Shown piece after piece: positions 1-7,906 of a DNA stretch of 36,968 nucleotides. The position numbers and the translations under genes were made by a program. The stretch's first letter is position 1. Every line of letters begins with the position of its first letter. Origin of the DNA: a virus (Duplodnaviria; Caudoviricetes); the IMG/VR virus record IMGVR_UViG_3300017565_000341, positions 1 to 36,968 of that record. One strand, given 5' to 3'. Below the pieces are notes generated by a model, which searched no databases, was not told the DNA's origin, and saw nothing but the letters and a program-made list of their open reading frames with translations.

Positions 1-1116
1 TTAGGTCAGACCGTTGATTAATTCCACGAGCGGCATAAATAAGGCCAAGACGACGAAACCGACCGCCGTACTGATCATCAAGACGACGAGCGGTTGAAGC
101 CATGAGAGCACCCAGAGCGATTGGTTGTGTTCACGATCCCAATACAGATTGGCGACTTCGCGGAGCATCGCCGACCGTTCGACGTCTTCATGGCGACTGT
201 GCAGCGCATGGGTCAGCAGGTGGCAGGGGACGCCGCGATACCAATTCGCTGCCGCATAGGGCTGGTGAGCGACCAACGGGTCGGGCTGCGAGTCAGCGGC
301 CGGAGCCGTCACAGCAAACTGACGCGGCAGGTGCGGCGCGTGCCGGCGGATGGCGGCCTTACGGCTGGCTGCACCGGCGATTGCGAGCGAACTTTCCAGT
401 TCCTGCCCGATCTCCAGCAGCAGTGCCGTATGCCATGCCAGATCGCCGAGCGAACGGCGAGTTGAATAACCGGTGGAGAACCAAGGGTCAGCGGTGCCGG
501 AGACGAACCCACGCAAGCTGTTGAGCGCACGGATCGCCAACAACAGGGTGGTCACAAGGAGCAAGCCGATCAACAACGCCCAAAACCAAGTTGCATGCAT
601 GAGCTGAGAAATGGCGAACACCAACCGCGTCGCTGTTGGAGTTGTCAGTCCGAACTCATCAAACATTTGCTCGAACAACGGCACGATTTCGATCGCAATG
701 AAACCGAATACGAGTAGGGACAGGAGCATGATCAGCAGCGGATAGAGGAGCACCGCCCACCGCTCCTGCTTCGCTCGTGACGGCCGGGCCTGACGCTGCA
801 GGACCTCAAAGACGCGGCGTTCCACCTCAGACTGTCCGGTTTGATCGTCAGCTTGTGCCAGTACCGACGCAGCCGTCACCACCGGTACAAACAATTCCAG
901 CAGTTTGGCGTCATGCAACACCTGCTCGGCATTTTCGACCGCCGCAACCCGCTCGCTCAGCCGCATCAGTTCGCGCCGCGGCTTTCCGCTCAGGACATCA
1001 GTCGCCCGTGTGAGTGCTGCTGCGATGTCGCTCTTCCACGCTAAGGCCGCAGCGAGTCGCTGGCGCACGAGGTCAGAAATCATCGTCGTGTTGGCAGGCC
1101 CGGCCGCAGCGGTCAT
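1..1116 (-). CDS. Type II secretion system F / PilC family inner-membrane protein (host)
   Basis: LLYPLLIMLL...IVPLFEQMFDEFGLTTPTATRLV and the C-terminal LQPLVVLMISTAVGFVVLALFMPL are typical GspF/PilC segments. Confidence 0.8.
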   Translation of the reverse strand: MTAAAGPANTTMISDLVRQRLAAALAWKSDIAAALTRATDVLSGKPRRELMRLSERVAAVENAEQVLHDAKLLELFVPVVTAASVLAQADDQTGQSEVERRVFEVLQRQARPSRAKQERWAVLLYPLLIMLLSLLVFGFIAIEIVPLFEQMFDEFGLTTPTATRLVFAISQLMHATWFWALLIGLLLVTTLLLAIRALNSLRGFVSGTADPWFSTGYSTRRSLGDLAWHTALLLEIGQELESSLAIAGAASRKAAIRRHAPHLPRQFAVTAPAADSQPDPLVAHQPYAAANWYRGVPCHLLTHALHSRHEDVERSAMLREVANLYWDREHNQSLWVLSWLQPLVVLMISTAVGFVVLALFMPLVELINGLT

Positions 1117-2228
1117 CGCTTCACTCCTCCCATCACAGGATCAACCAGCGGCGCAGCCATTTCGTGCAACAACTGGGTCAATGGCAGGAACAGGGCGAGC
1201 GAATACAGCAGCACGCCGACGGAGCCGAGGGTGATCACCAACAGCAGCGGCAAGCCGAGTCGCAATTGCCGCAGCCGCATGTTGGCGCGGACAAGGTAGT
1301 GTTTGGCCTCGAGACGCGAACGAGGTAAGTCGCTGGACAGCCGCTGGTTGCCTGTCCCCGTTCTGCCCGTTCGCTCCCAACGGGGCCGCGATCCAACCAA
1401 ATCGTTTGCGGTCTGCTCCGCTTCGGCTCCATCGATGTCCACGAGCATTAACGCATGTTCGATTCGAGCAGCGGTCGCCCGACGCTGGGATATCAAGTAG
1501 CCCAAACCGCCCAAGCCTTTGGCAATCGCCGCCGCTACCGGAGTCAGCAAGCTGGCCAGGGCAAGCAGTACGACCAGCAACGCGATCCACGGCAGGAGGG
1601 TAAACGTTGAGTCGGGCAGCCAAGGGGTCACCGCGGATGACACCCCCAGCGAATGCGGTGCGCGGAGCAGATCGGAACGCAGTTCATCGACCGACAGCAA
1701 CATCACCGCCAGCACGCCTGAACCGATGATCGCGGTGACCACCAAAATGGCGAGATAAGCAAGGCTTGGACGAGCCACGCGTGCCAATTCTCGCTCGGCG
1801 CGACGGTCGACCGACAGCGCCTCGAGCACCAGATCGGTTCGCCCCGTGACCCAATAGAGCGATAATCCGTTGATGTATTTTTGCGGTAACTCGGCGGCTC
1901 GATCGCCAAACATCGCAGCCAAAACCGCGTGTGGATCGGCCTCCTCCTCCCGTTGACCCGCTGATGCAGCCTGTGCCAAGGCCTGCAAAGCGTGCAGTTT
2001 GCGGAGCGTTAGACGCCCGGACGGAATTTCTGGCACCGATCGCGAGTGGTTCGATGCGACGTTCGCGGGCGATCGTCGCTCCTGGCGGGGCGTAGCAGCT
2101 CGGCCGAGGTCCAATGCAACGCCTGCGTGTAACGCGGCCTGCAGGGCACAGTGGAACGCGGCGATGCTGCGTGCTTCCACTCCAGGTTGCTGCCCGGGAT
2201 GGCCCTGCGGAAAGCCGGGTTCGCTCAT
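1113..2228 (-). CDS. Degenerate GspF/PilC-like membrane protein (host)
   Basis: PSLAYLAILVV and C-terminal YSLALFLPLTQLL resemble GspF repeats. Stop overlaps the next gene. Start placed at ATG 2228 (AGGGA upstream); the ORF track extends it to 2327. Confidence 0.6.
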   Translation of the reverse strand: MSEPGFPQGHPGQQPGVEARSIAAFHCALQAALHAGVALDLGRAATPRQERRSPANVASNHSRSVPEIPSGRLTLRKLHALQALAQAASAGQREEEADPHAVLAAMFGDRAAELPQKYINGLSLYWVTGRTDLVLEALSVDRRAERELARVARPSLAYLAILVVTAIIGSGVLAVMLLSVDELRSDLLRAPHSLGVSSAVTPWLPDSTFTLLPWIALLVVLLALASLLTPVAAAIAKGLGGLGYLISQRRATAARIEHALMLVDIDGAEAEQTANDLVGSRPRWERTGRTGTGNQRLSSDLPRSRLEAKHYLVRANMRLRQLRLGLPLLLVITLGSVGVLLYSLALFLPLTQLLHEMAAPLVDPVMGGVKR

Positions 2229-2517
2229 CGGTCGATCCCTCGGAATAACTTGCTGTGTCCTCAAGGTCCGCCACACCTGCCGACCACGGAAGACCCGCTG
2301 GTATCGCGGGTGGCCGACAACCGGCACAAATGGAACGACGGCACCGACGGACTATACCATGCAAACTCCCTCCGGTGGTGAGCACACCCCCGGTTTATCT
2401 TTCTCGGTAGGTCGAGGCAGGTCACTGGAGGCAAGAAAGGTGGCGAGTCAGCCGTTTTCGCACAGGATTACGGCGCAAGGAGAGGCGCCGGAAGCGACCA
2501 GCCAGCGGTCGAGGCCC

Positions 2518-2551
2518 AAAAAAAACGCCAGCCGAATGATTCGGCTGGCGT
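2518..2551 (-). terminator. Intrinsic terminator, probably the original tRNA-Leu terminator displaced by integration
   Basis: Minus strand reads ACGCCAGCCGAA-TCA-TTCGGCTGGCGT then a T-run, about 35 nt past the duplicated tRNA 3' end. Confidence 0.8.
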
Positions 2552-2586
2552 CAATGCTCTGAAAAAGCGTGCTATTGGTTGTGCAG

Positions 2587-2641
2587 TACCGGAGGTGGGA
2601 CTTGAACCCACACAGCCTTGCGGCTACTGGATTTTGAATCC
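2587..2641 (-). repeat. att core, left copy (duplicated 3' part of tRNA-Leu)
   Basis: 55 bp TACCGGAGGTGGG...TTTTGAATCC identical to 36900-36954; the flanks diverge. Confidence 0.95.
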
Positions 2642-2720
2642 TTTTGGTTCGCAAACGTGACCTACGCTTTGGGTGCACCTGTTAGTGGTAATCCCAAACC
2701 CGAACCGGAGGCTAAAGCGA

Positions 2721-3656
2721 ATGCTGCTTTCAACTCTCCTAGAAGAGCTTGTGGCGGAGCGACCTGTTAAGACAATCACGGAAGAGCAGTACTCCAGGTC
2801 TGTCCGCTGTTTTTCGGAGTTTCTCGGCCGCCCCGCATCGGTTGCGGATCTTACACCTAAGAGCTTCAACGAATGGTTGGCCAAGGTGGCCCGGACTGCA
2901 CAACCTCGCACTGTACTAAACCGCAAGCGGGGTTTGACGCCTGTTTGGAACTATGCGACCGAAAGAGGGCTGGCAGCAAGTTATGAGAGTCGCCGTTTGC
3001 GCCGGGTGACGGTCCCGCAATCTATTGTTGAGGCCTGGTCCGTCGATCAGGTCGAGGCGTTGTTCAAGGCGGCCAAGGTGCTTCCCGGTAAGACCGTCTG
3101 CGGCATCCCGGCATCGGTGCTGATGTCAGCGGTCTGCTCCCTGGCGTATGAGACAGGCTACCGGCCGGGCGACTGGCGAACAATGAAATGGTCGCACATC
3201 GACTTCGATCGCCGGCTAGTGACGTTCGTCCAAAACAAGACGGGCAACCCGCACACCGCGGCCTTCAGTCAAGTCACGGCGCAATGCCTGCAGACGCTGA
3301 AATCCTACGGACGTGATACGGTTGTTCCCGTTGGCCGATGGTCGATCCGGCGCTGGGAGCTGCAACTGTTCGAGCTGGCCGCATTGCAGTTCGGATTTCA
3401 ACGTCGTAAGGGTCAAGCGCTGGGCACGTTGCGAAAGTCGCACGCAACTGCCGTCTACCTCGCCCACGGTGAACTGGCTGCGGCATTGTCGTTAGGCCAC
3501 GTCAGCGGCACACTGGTAGCTCGCAAGCACTACATCGACACAACCGCCAAGGCTGATCCCGTACGAATCGAGATGCCCAATGCCCAAGCCCGACCGACTG
3601 AAGATAGCGAACAAGATCGAACAGCTCGCCGAAGATCCAGACGTCGCGCAGGATGA
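2721..3656 (+). CDS. int: Phage integrase (tyrosine recombinase)
   Basis: Motifs YETGYRPGD (R), QNKTG (K), TLRKSHAT, LGH, KHY (Y). GGAGG before ATG 2721. Adjacent to att. Confidence 0.9.
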   Translation: MLLSTLLEELVAERPVKTITEEQYSRSVRCFSEFLGRPASVADLTPKSFNEWLAKVARTAQPRTVLNRKRGLTPVWNYATERGLAASYESRRLRRVTVPQSIVEAWSVDQVEALFKAAKVLPGKTVCGIPASVLMSAVCSLAYETGYRPGDWRTMKWSHIDFDRRLVTFVQNKTGNPHTAAFSQVTAQCLQTLKSYGRDTVVPVGRWSIRRWELQLFELAALQFGFQRRKGQALGTLRKSHATAVYLAHGELAAALSLGHVSGTLVARKHYIDTTAKADPVRIEMPNAQARPTEDSEQDRTARRRSRRRAG

Positions 3657-3756
3657 AGCTGTCGTCCGCTCCCTGCAGCGTCTAGCCAACGATGTGCGAA
3701 GTGCTGACCGCCAGAAGCGGCCCGACCCCGACCGGGGGGGCGGGGAAAAACAATAG
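3580..3756 (+). CDS. Possible 58-aa protein overlapping the integrase tail
   Basis: Read by eye: MPKPDRLKIANKIEQLAEDPDVAQDEAVVRSLQRLANDVRSADRQKRPDPDRGGGEKQ*. Below the ORF-track cutoff; looks amphipathic. Confidence 0.35.
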   Translation: MPKPDRLKIANKIEQLAEDPDVAQDEAVVRSLQRLANDVRSADRQKRPDPDRGGGEKQ

Positions 3757-3825
3757 GTCTACTAAATTTTTTTCGCGGAATCACGACGCTGGACTCTCGC
3801 GACCGAGCCCCAAAAAAAATGGCAT

Positions 3826-3883
3826 AGGTACTTCCCGGCCGTTTTTACGGCCGTGCCCGAAGGGAACAATCGTTGTTTTTCGC
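3826..3883 (+). other. Candidate cos-like packaging site
   Basis: AGGTACTTCCC resembles lambda cosQ GGGTCCTTTCC. Followed by dyads CGGCCGT-TTTT-ACGGCCG and GTGCCC-GAA-GGGAAC, then TTTTCGC at a lambda-like distance. Confidence 0.35.
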
Positions 3884-3937
3884 ACACTTGCTTGCTCGCT
3901 GGGCTGCAGGCGTTTTGCGGCGGCCGGGCGGCCGAAA

Positions 3938-4669
3938 TTAGCGGGCGAGCTGGTAGGCGAGCGGGAGCGAATGATCGGCGATGCGGCCGGCGTTGCGGTT
4001 CCCGCCGTTGCCGCCGTGGCCGATCGTCGAGGTGGTCGCGATGTGGCTGACCGGGGACGGATCAACGAAGTACATGCCGCGGCCGAGGGCGTTGCAGATC
4101 TTGCCGATCGCGGTGTCGCTGTTTGCGATCGTGTGGGGATTGTCGCGGCGACGTTGGATCACGGTCGGTGATCCGCTTCGCGGGCGGGCGCCGGCCCAGC
4201 GCTGAGCGATGCGGTGATTGATGACGTCGGCTAGGACGTCGCGGCGCCAGACGAGGGCACACGCTCCCCACAGCGACCGCGTCCGGATGCGGTTGATGCC
4301 GACCGGCCGGGCGCCTCGGCCGCGGCGGTAGTAGCTGTAGTGCCGCGGCGTGTAGAGCGAAATGAACGCGGCGTCGGCTGGCCAGTCGATCGACTCCAGG
4401 TACTCGCGGGAGTCCGGATGATATGCCGCGTCATCTTGCGAGGTGAGGATCAGGTCGGCATCGGTCGACAGCGCCCACCTGCAGGCCTGCAGCCAGTTGT
4501 GCCAGACTCCGAGCTGCACCGGGTTGGCGTACGCGGGGCAATCGGCGGCAGTCGATCCGGGCTCGGCAAAGAGGGTCGGCTCCCAGCCGCAGTGCCGCAG
4601 GCTGGTGACGCATTCATGCAGGGTGCATGGTGACCGTGGGGCGGTCGTAACGGCGACGGCCCACCTCAC
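3938..4669 (-). CDS. Glycosyltransferase (GT-A/GT2-like)
   Basis: WAVAVTTAPR...TLHECVTSL, LGVWHNW, LILTSQDDA (DxD-like), WGACALV, PSPVSHI. GTG start overlaps the upstream TGA. Confidence 0.65.
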   Translation of the reverse strand: MRWAVAVTTAPRSPCTLHECVTSLRHCGWEPTLFAEPGSTAADCPAYANPVQLGVWHNWLQACRWALSTDADLILTSQDDAAYHPDSREYLESIDWPADAAFISLYTPRHYSYYRRGRGARPVGINRIRTRSLWGACALVWRRDVLADVINHRIAQRWAGARPRSGSPTVIQRRRDNPHTIANSDTAIGKICNALGRGMYFVDPSPVSHIATTSTIGHGGNGGNRNAGRIADHSLPLAYQLAR

Positions 4670-5022
4670 GCCGCGGACTCGCTGTTGGCGATAGCGCGAT
4701 CGATCAAGATCAGGACTAGCCGCCGGTTGTACGGTAGCTTCCGACGTTGCGCCGCGACCCATAGTTTCTTCGCGATGTACTCACGTTTCGCTCGGCACAC
4801 GTCCGGCCCCCACCGATTCATTTTCGCTTCGAGCGACTTGCAAGATTGGCACCCCTCCTTGCCAGGCACTGGGAACCAGGAGATCAGTTCCTTCAATGAC
4901 GTGCCGGGCCGTGGCGGCGGTGGGACGATTGCTGCCTCACCGTAGACATTGCCACAGATGCACCGGTAGGGAAATACCGTGACATAACGCACAAGTTGAC
5001 ATTGATTACAGGACACCGGCAA
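4666..5022 (-). CDS. Cys-rich phage hypothetical protein
   Basis: CNQC, CIC, PGTSLKELIS...GCQSCKSLEAKMNRWGPDVC; coupled to its neighbours. Confidence 0.65.
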   Translation of the reverse strand: MPVSCNQCQLVRYVTVFPYRCICGNVYGEAAIVPPPPRPGTSLKELISWFPVPGKEGCQSCKSLEAKMNRWGPDVCRAKREYIAKKLWVAAQRRKLPYNRRLVLILIDRAIANSESAA

Positions 5023-5683
5023 CGATCTCCACAGACACGGTTCCGCGGTTGATGGGCCGAACCACGCAGTCGCTTTCCCTTACATTCAGCGCGGATTCCA
5101 TGTAGGTCGCCGCAAGCGACTGTCTGTCGGACTCCAAACATAGGTTCTTCCCGGCCAGATCGACGAACCGATACGGTGCATTGGAGAAAAGGCCCTCAGG
5201 TGTCGAGAAGTACAAACGCGAATTGGGAGTACCACGAACGGTGTAGATTCCGTTCGCGGTACTGTCTACAACGTTTAGGTTGCCTTGGAAGTTGCACCCG
5301 TACTGAATGAGTTCCCCGCCGCCGAAAACGATTTGCTCCGCAGGCCACGACCAGCTTGGAATCCCACCAACGCAGTTGCGAATGAGCGGGACAAAATGTG
5401 TCCCATTTGCCGATGTTCGAAACGTTGTCTCGTATTCCTTAAAGCAGGGACGACAAACCAAAAAGCTACTGGAGTTGTTGTACTGGAATAACTCGTCTGG
5501 GTAGTTGTAAGCAATCTTCAGGAAGTAGGTTGCATTAGGATCGTTGCAGTTGCACGGATCGGCGCTGCTGCTTGATGACGAGCTACTTGATGACGAGCTA
5601 CTTGATGACGAACTGCTAATCGATGAGATACTCGACGATGAGCTGCTCGAACTCGGGATGCTGCAACAACGGATGCGGCCCAT
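5006..5683 (-). CDS. Poly-Ser linker, Cys-containing protein (possible tail tip/adhesin)
   Basis: MGRIRCCSIP, a long Ser tract, ADPCNCND, then an aromatic-rich domain with visibly lower GC. Confidence 0.6.
   Translation of the reverse strand: MGRIRCCSIPSSSSSSSSISSISSSSSSSSSSSSSSSSSSADPCNCNDPNATYFLKIAYNYPDELFQYNNSSSFLVCRPCFKEYETTFRTSANGTHFVPLIRNCVGGIPSWSWPAEQIVFGGGELIQYGCNFQGNLNVVDSTANGIYTVRGTPNSRLYFSTPEGLFSNAPYRFVDLAGKNLCLESDRQSLAATYMESALNVRESDCVVRPINRGTVSVEIVAGVL
5571..5615. repeat. 15-bp tandem repeat encoding poly-Ser
   Basis: CTTGATGACGAGCTA x2 plus CTTGATGACGAACTG. Confidence 0.8.
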
Positions 5684-5684
5684 G

Positions 5685-6449
5685 TCAACTGCTCGATGAG
5701 GATGTAGAAGGCTCCGTGACATCACACGGAGCGTTGATCGCGATGAACTGATTGCCGACCTGATTCATCAATCCTTCGTCTGTTGGCCCTTGGTCATCCA
5801 TCAGGGCCAGGTCATCCAGCAACGTCACCTCGCCATCGCCGAACTGATCACCGTCCAACCGCATCAGCTTGACCAGTTGCGATGCTGCCCATTCATCACT
5901 GATCCGTTCATACCGCCACAGCACGCACGGGGCGTGATCGAAACACACCAGGCACACCCGTGTCTCATCGACCGCGGCCCCTGGTGCCATTGCCACGATG
6001 CGGAACTCTCCCGTGTCGCTTGATCGCAGCACGCCGGGCGTCTCCGGATCAGCGGCCGCGAACCGATCCGATACCTTCGTGATCTTCACGCTCGCGCAGC
6101 AGTACCCACCGATCGCCACCGGCCCGGAGGCATTGGGAGCGATCGGCTCCAGCACGATTGCCGACCGTCCCAGAGCGTCCGGCCAAGCCGGGATCGTCAC
6201 GTCGATCGTCGGCTCGCGGCGGGCTTGCGGGTGGATGTGGGGATCCAGTGACAGCAGACCGACTGTCGCGACCGTGTCGCGGTCCATCAGCTCCGCGCTC
6301 TTGTTGATGCCCGTCGCCACCACCGCACCTGCGAACGGCACCGACTGCCCAGGGCGGCTGGCGCCCATCAGGTTCGAGAGCGCGAAGTCCTCCAGCCGAT
6401 TCTGGATGTCGGCCCGGAGGCTGATCGTATCGCCGCGTGCGTGTGGCAT
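5685..6449 (-). CDS. Phage tail-region hypothetical protein
   Basis: 254-aa ORF tightly packed in the tail operon; ends in a Ser run. Confidence 0.65.
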   Translation of the reverse strand: MPHARGDTISLRADIQNRLEDFALSNLMGASRPGQSVPFAGAVVATGINKSAELMDRDTVATVGLLSLDPHIHPQARREPTIDVTIPAWPDALGRSAIVLEPIAPNASGPVAIGGYCCASVKITKVSDRFAAADPETPGVLRSSDTGEFRIVAMAPGAAVDETRVCLVCFDHAPCVLWRYERISDEWAASQLVKLMRLDGDQFGDGEVTLLDDLALMDDQGPTDEGLMNQVGNQFIAINAPCDVTEPSTSSSSS

Positions 6450-6450
6450 A

Positions 6451-7050
6451 TCAAACCGTGAGGGTGCAGACGTAATCGAACAACAGCGACCAGGTCAGGT
6501 CCGTGGGCGTGACTAGGTCATCCGGCTTGCGTGGCACCGGATCAACCCCGCCGCCCTCGCGGCAGGCATGGGCCACGGCATGGCTACAGAACGGAGCCGC
6601 TGGCGGCCGCGTCCGGTCAGTCAGGTCATCCGTCGACAGTCGCACCAACCGCCACAGGAACGGCACACGCTGCAGCGCCAGTCGTGCGATGCCGCGGTAC
6701 CCATACGAACGAGCCGTCAGGTCACGCATCACGCCCACGGCCGCGTCCGTGTCATAGTGCGGGAAGATCTCCAGCCGCGGCCGGAACACGTCGATCTGCC
6801 CGGGGCACTGCACCACGTGCCCCAGCAGCGGCACCGCTCGGCCGCCGATGAACTCGCGAATCTCCAGCACGTCGGCTCGGCCGAGCCGGTCGATCCGCAG
6901 CATCGCGCTGTGCGTGTGCACGCCGCCGGTCACGTATCGAATCCACGAACTGATCAGCGAGGAACCGCGGTACTGCAGCACATCGCCGTGCTGCAGGTCG
7001 GCGTCCTGCCAACGAACCAGATTTGGTGCATCCATGCAAAAGGCTCTCAT
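6451..7050 (-). CDS. Permuted papain-like NlpC/P60 amidase (YaeF/YiiX, C92-like)
   Basis: LQHGDVLQYRG..LISSWIRYVTGGVHTHSAM (His first), RSYGY, FCSHAVA (Cys last), VTPTDL. Confidence 0.8.
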   Translation of the reverse strand: MRAFCMDAPNLVRWQDADLQHGDVLQYRGSSLISSWIRYVTGGVHTHSAMLRIDRLGRADVLEIREFIGGRAVPLLGHVVQCPGQIDVFRPRLEIFPHYDTDAAVGVMRDLTARSYGYRGIARLALQRVPFLWRLVRLSTDDLTDRTRPPAAPFCSHAVAHACREGGGVDPVPRKPDDLVTPTDLTWSLLFDYVCTLTV

Positions 7051-7904
7051 GCCAGCAGCATCCCTAGAAGCGAGTGATCTTCTTCGGTGTAAATTCGTTC
7101 GACGTATACCGCAGTGGGTTTGGTGATTTTGTAACGATCCACCCCCATTCCGGTCACCTCATCCTCATAGATCAGCCACAAGTAATCGTGTCCGGCCTTC
7201 GCGATTCCCGCGATGGAACCGATCGAGATCGTGGCGTTCTTGCTGGCCGCCCATGAAAACTGAATCTCCGGATCGGAGCGGTTGCCGAAGTTGCCGTCAC
7301 CGCCGAGGTAGAGCAGCTCGCCAGCGGCGTATCCTAGAAATGGGGCAATGTTCACGGTACCGGTCAAAGCAGTCGACAGCGCGGCAAACGCCAGCGGGTC
7401 AGCCGGTCGCGACAGTCGATAGGTCAGCGTCAGCTTGGTTGTCGGGATCACGCGATCGATCCCCTGCGGTTTGCCATCTTGGACATCGATTAGGTTCTGG
7501 AAGTCGGGGGCCGTCTTTCCAGGCTGAGCGTAACTATCAGTCGAGAACGAGCTGGTCACCCGGATCGAGCCACCGCCCGTACCGATCGCTAACGACCATT
7601 CGTCCGTTTCGAGGAACTCGAACGCATAGTCGCAGGTGAAGATATAAGCACCTTCGCCCGATTCCTTCCACGTGTACTGAGTCAGCCGGACGGGCACGGC
7701 GAGCGCGGAACCTTGCACGCGAAAGTCGAGCTGATAGGCAGGCAGTCCCTTTGAGATCAGGAACGCCTCGGCCTCCATTTCATGTTCAGCCCCGAGCACC
7801 ATGTACTGGATCTGCGCAGTGTCCGCACCGCTGCGCTGCCGCACGCCCGTGAAGCCGGAGATTTGGCGGACTCGCAAGCCGCCGGTTGAATGAACTGCTG
7901 GCAT
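7047..7904 (-). CDS. Distal tail/hub-like protein
   Basis: Directly after tape measure; beta-rich; GTVNIAPFLGYAAGELLYLG. Confidence 0.55.
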   Translation of the reverse strand: MPAVHSTGGLRVRQISGFTGVRQRSGADTAQIQYMVLGAEHEMEAEAFLISKGLPAYQLDFRVQGSALAVPVRLTQYTWKESGEGAYIFTCDYAFEFLETDEWSLAIGTGGGSIRVTSSFSTDSYAQPGKTAPDFQNLIDVQDGKPQGIDRVIPTTKLTLTYRLSRPADPLAFAALSTALTGTVNIAPFLGYAAGELLYLGGDGNFGNRSDPEIQFSWAASKNATISIGSIAGIAKAGHDYLWLIYEDEVTGMGVDRYKITKPTAVYVERIYTEEDHSLLGMLLA

Positions 7905-7906
7905 GA

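Noticed and set aside
2587-2641. A second tRNA gene
   Set aside because: Only the 3' 55 nt are present; the D arm and 5' acceptor strand are missing, so it is the att duplication.
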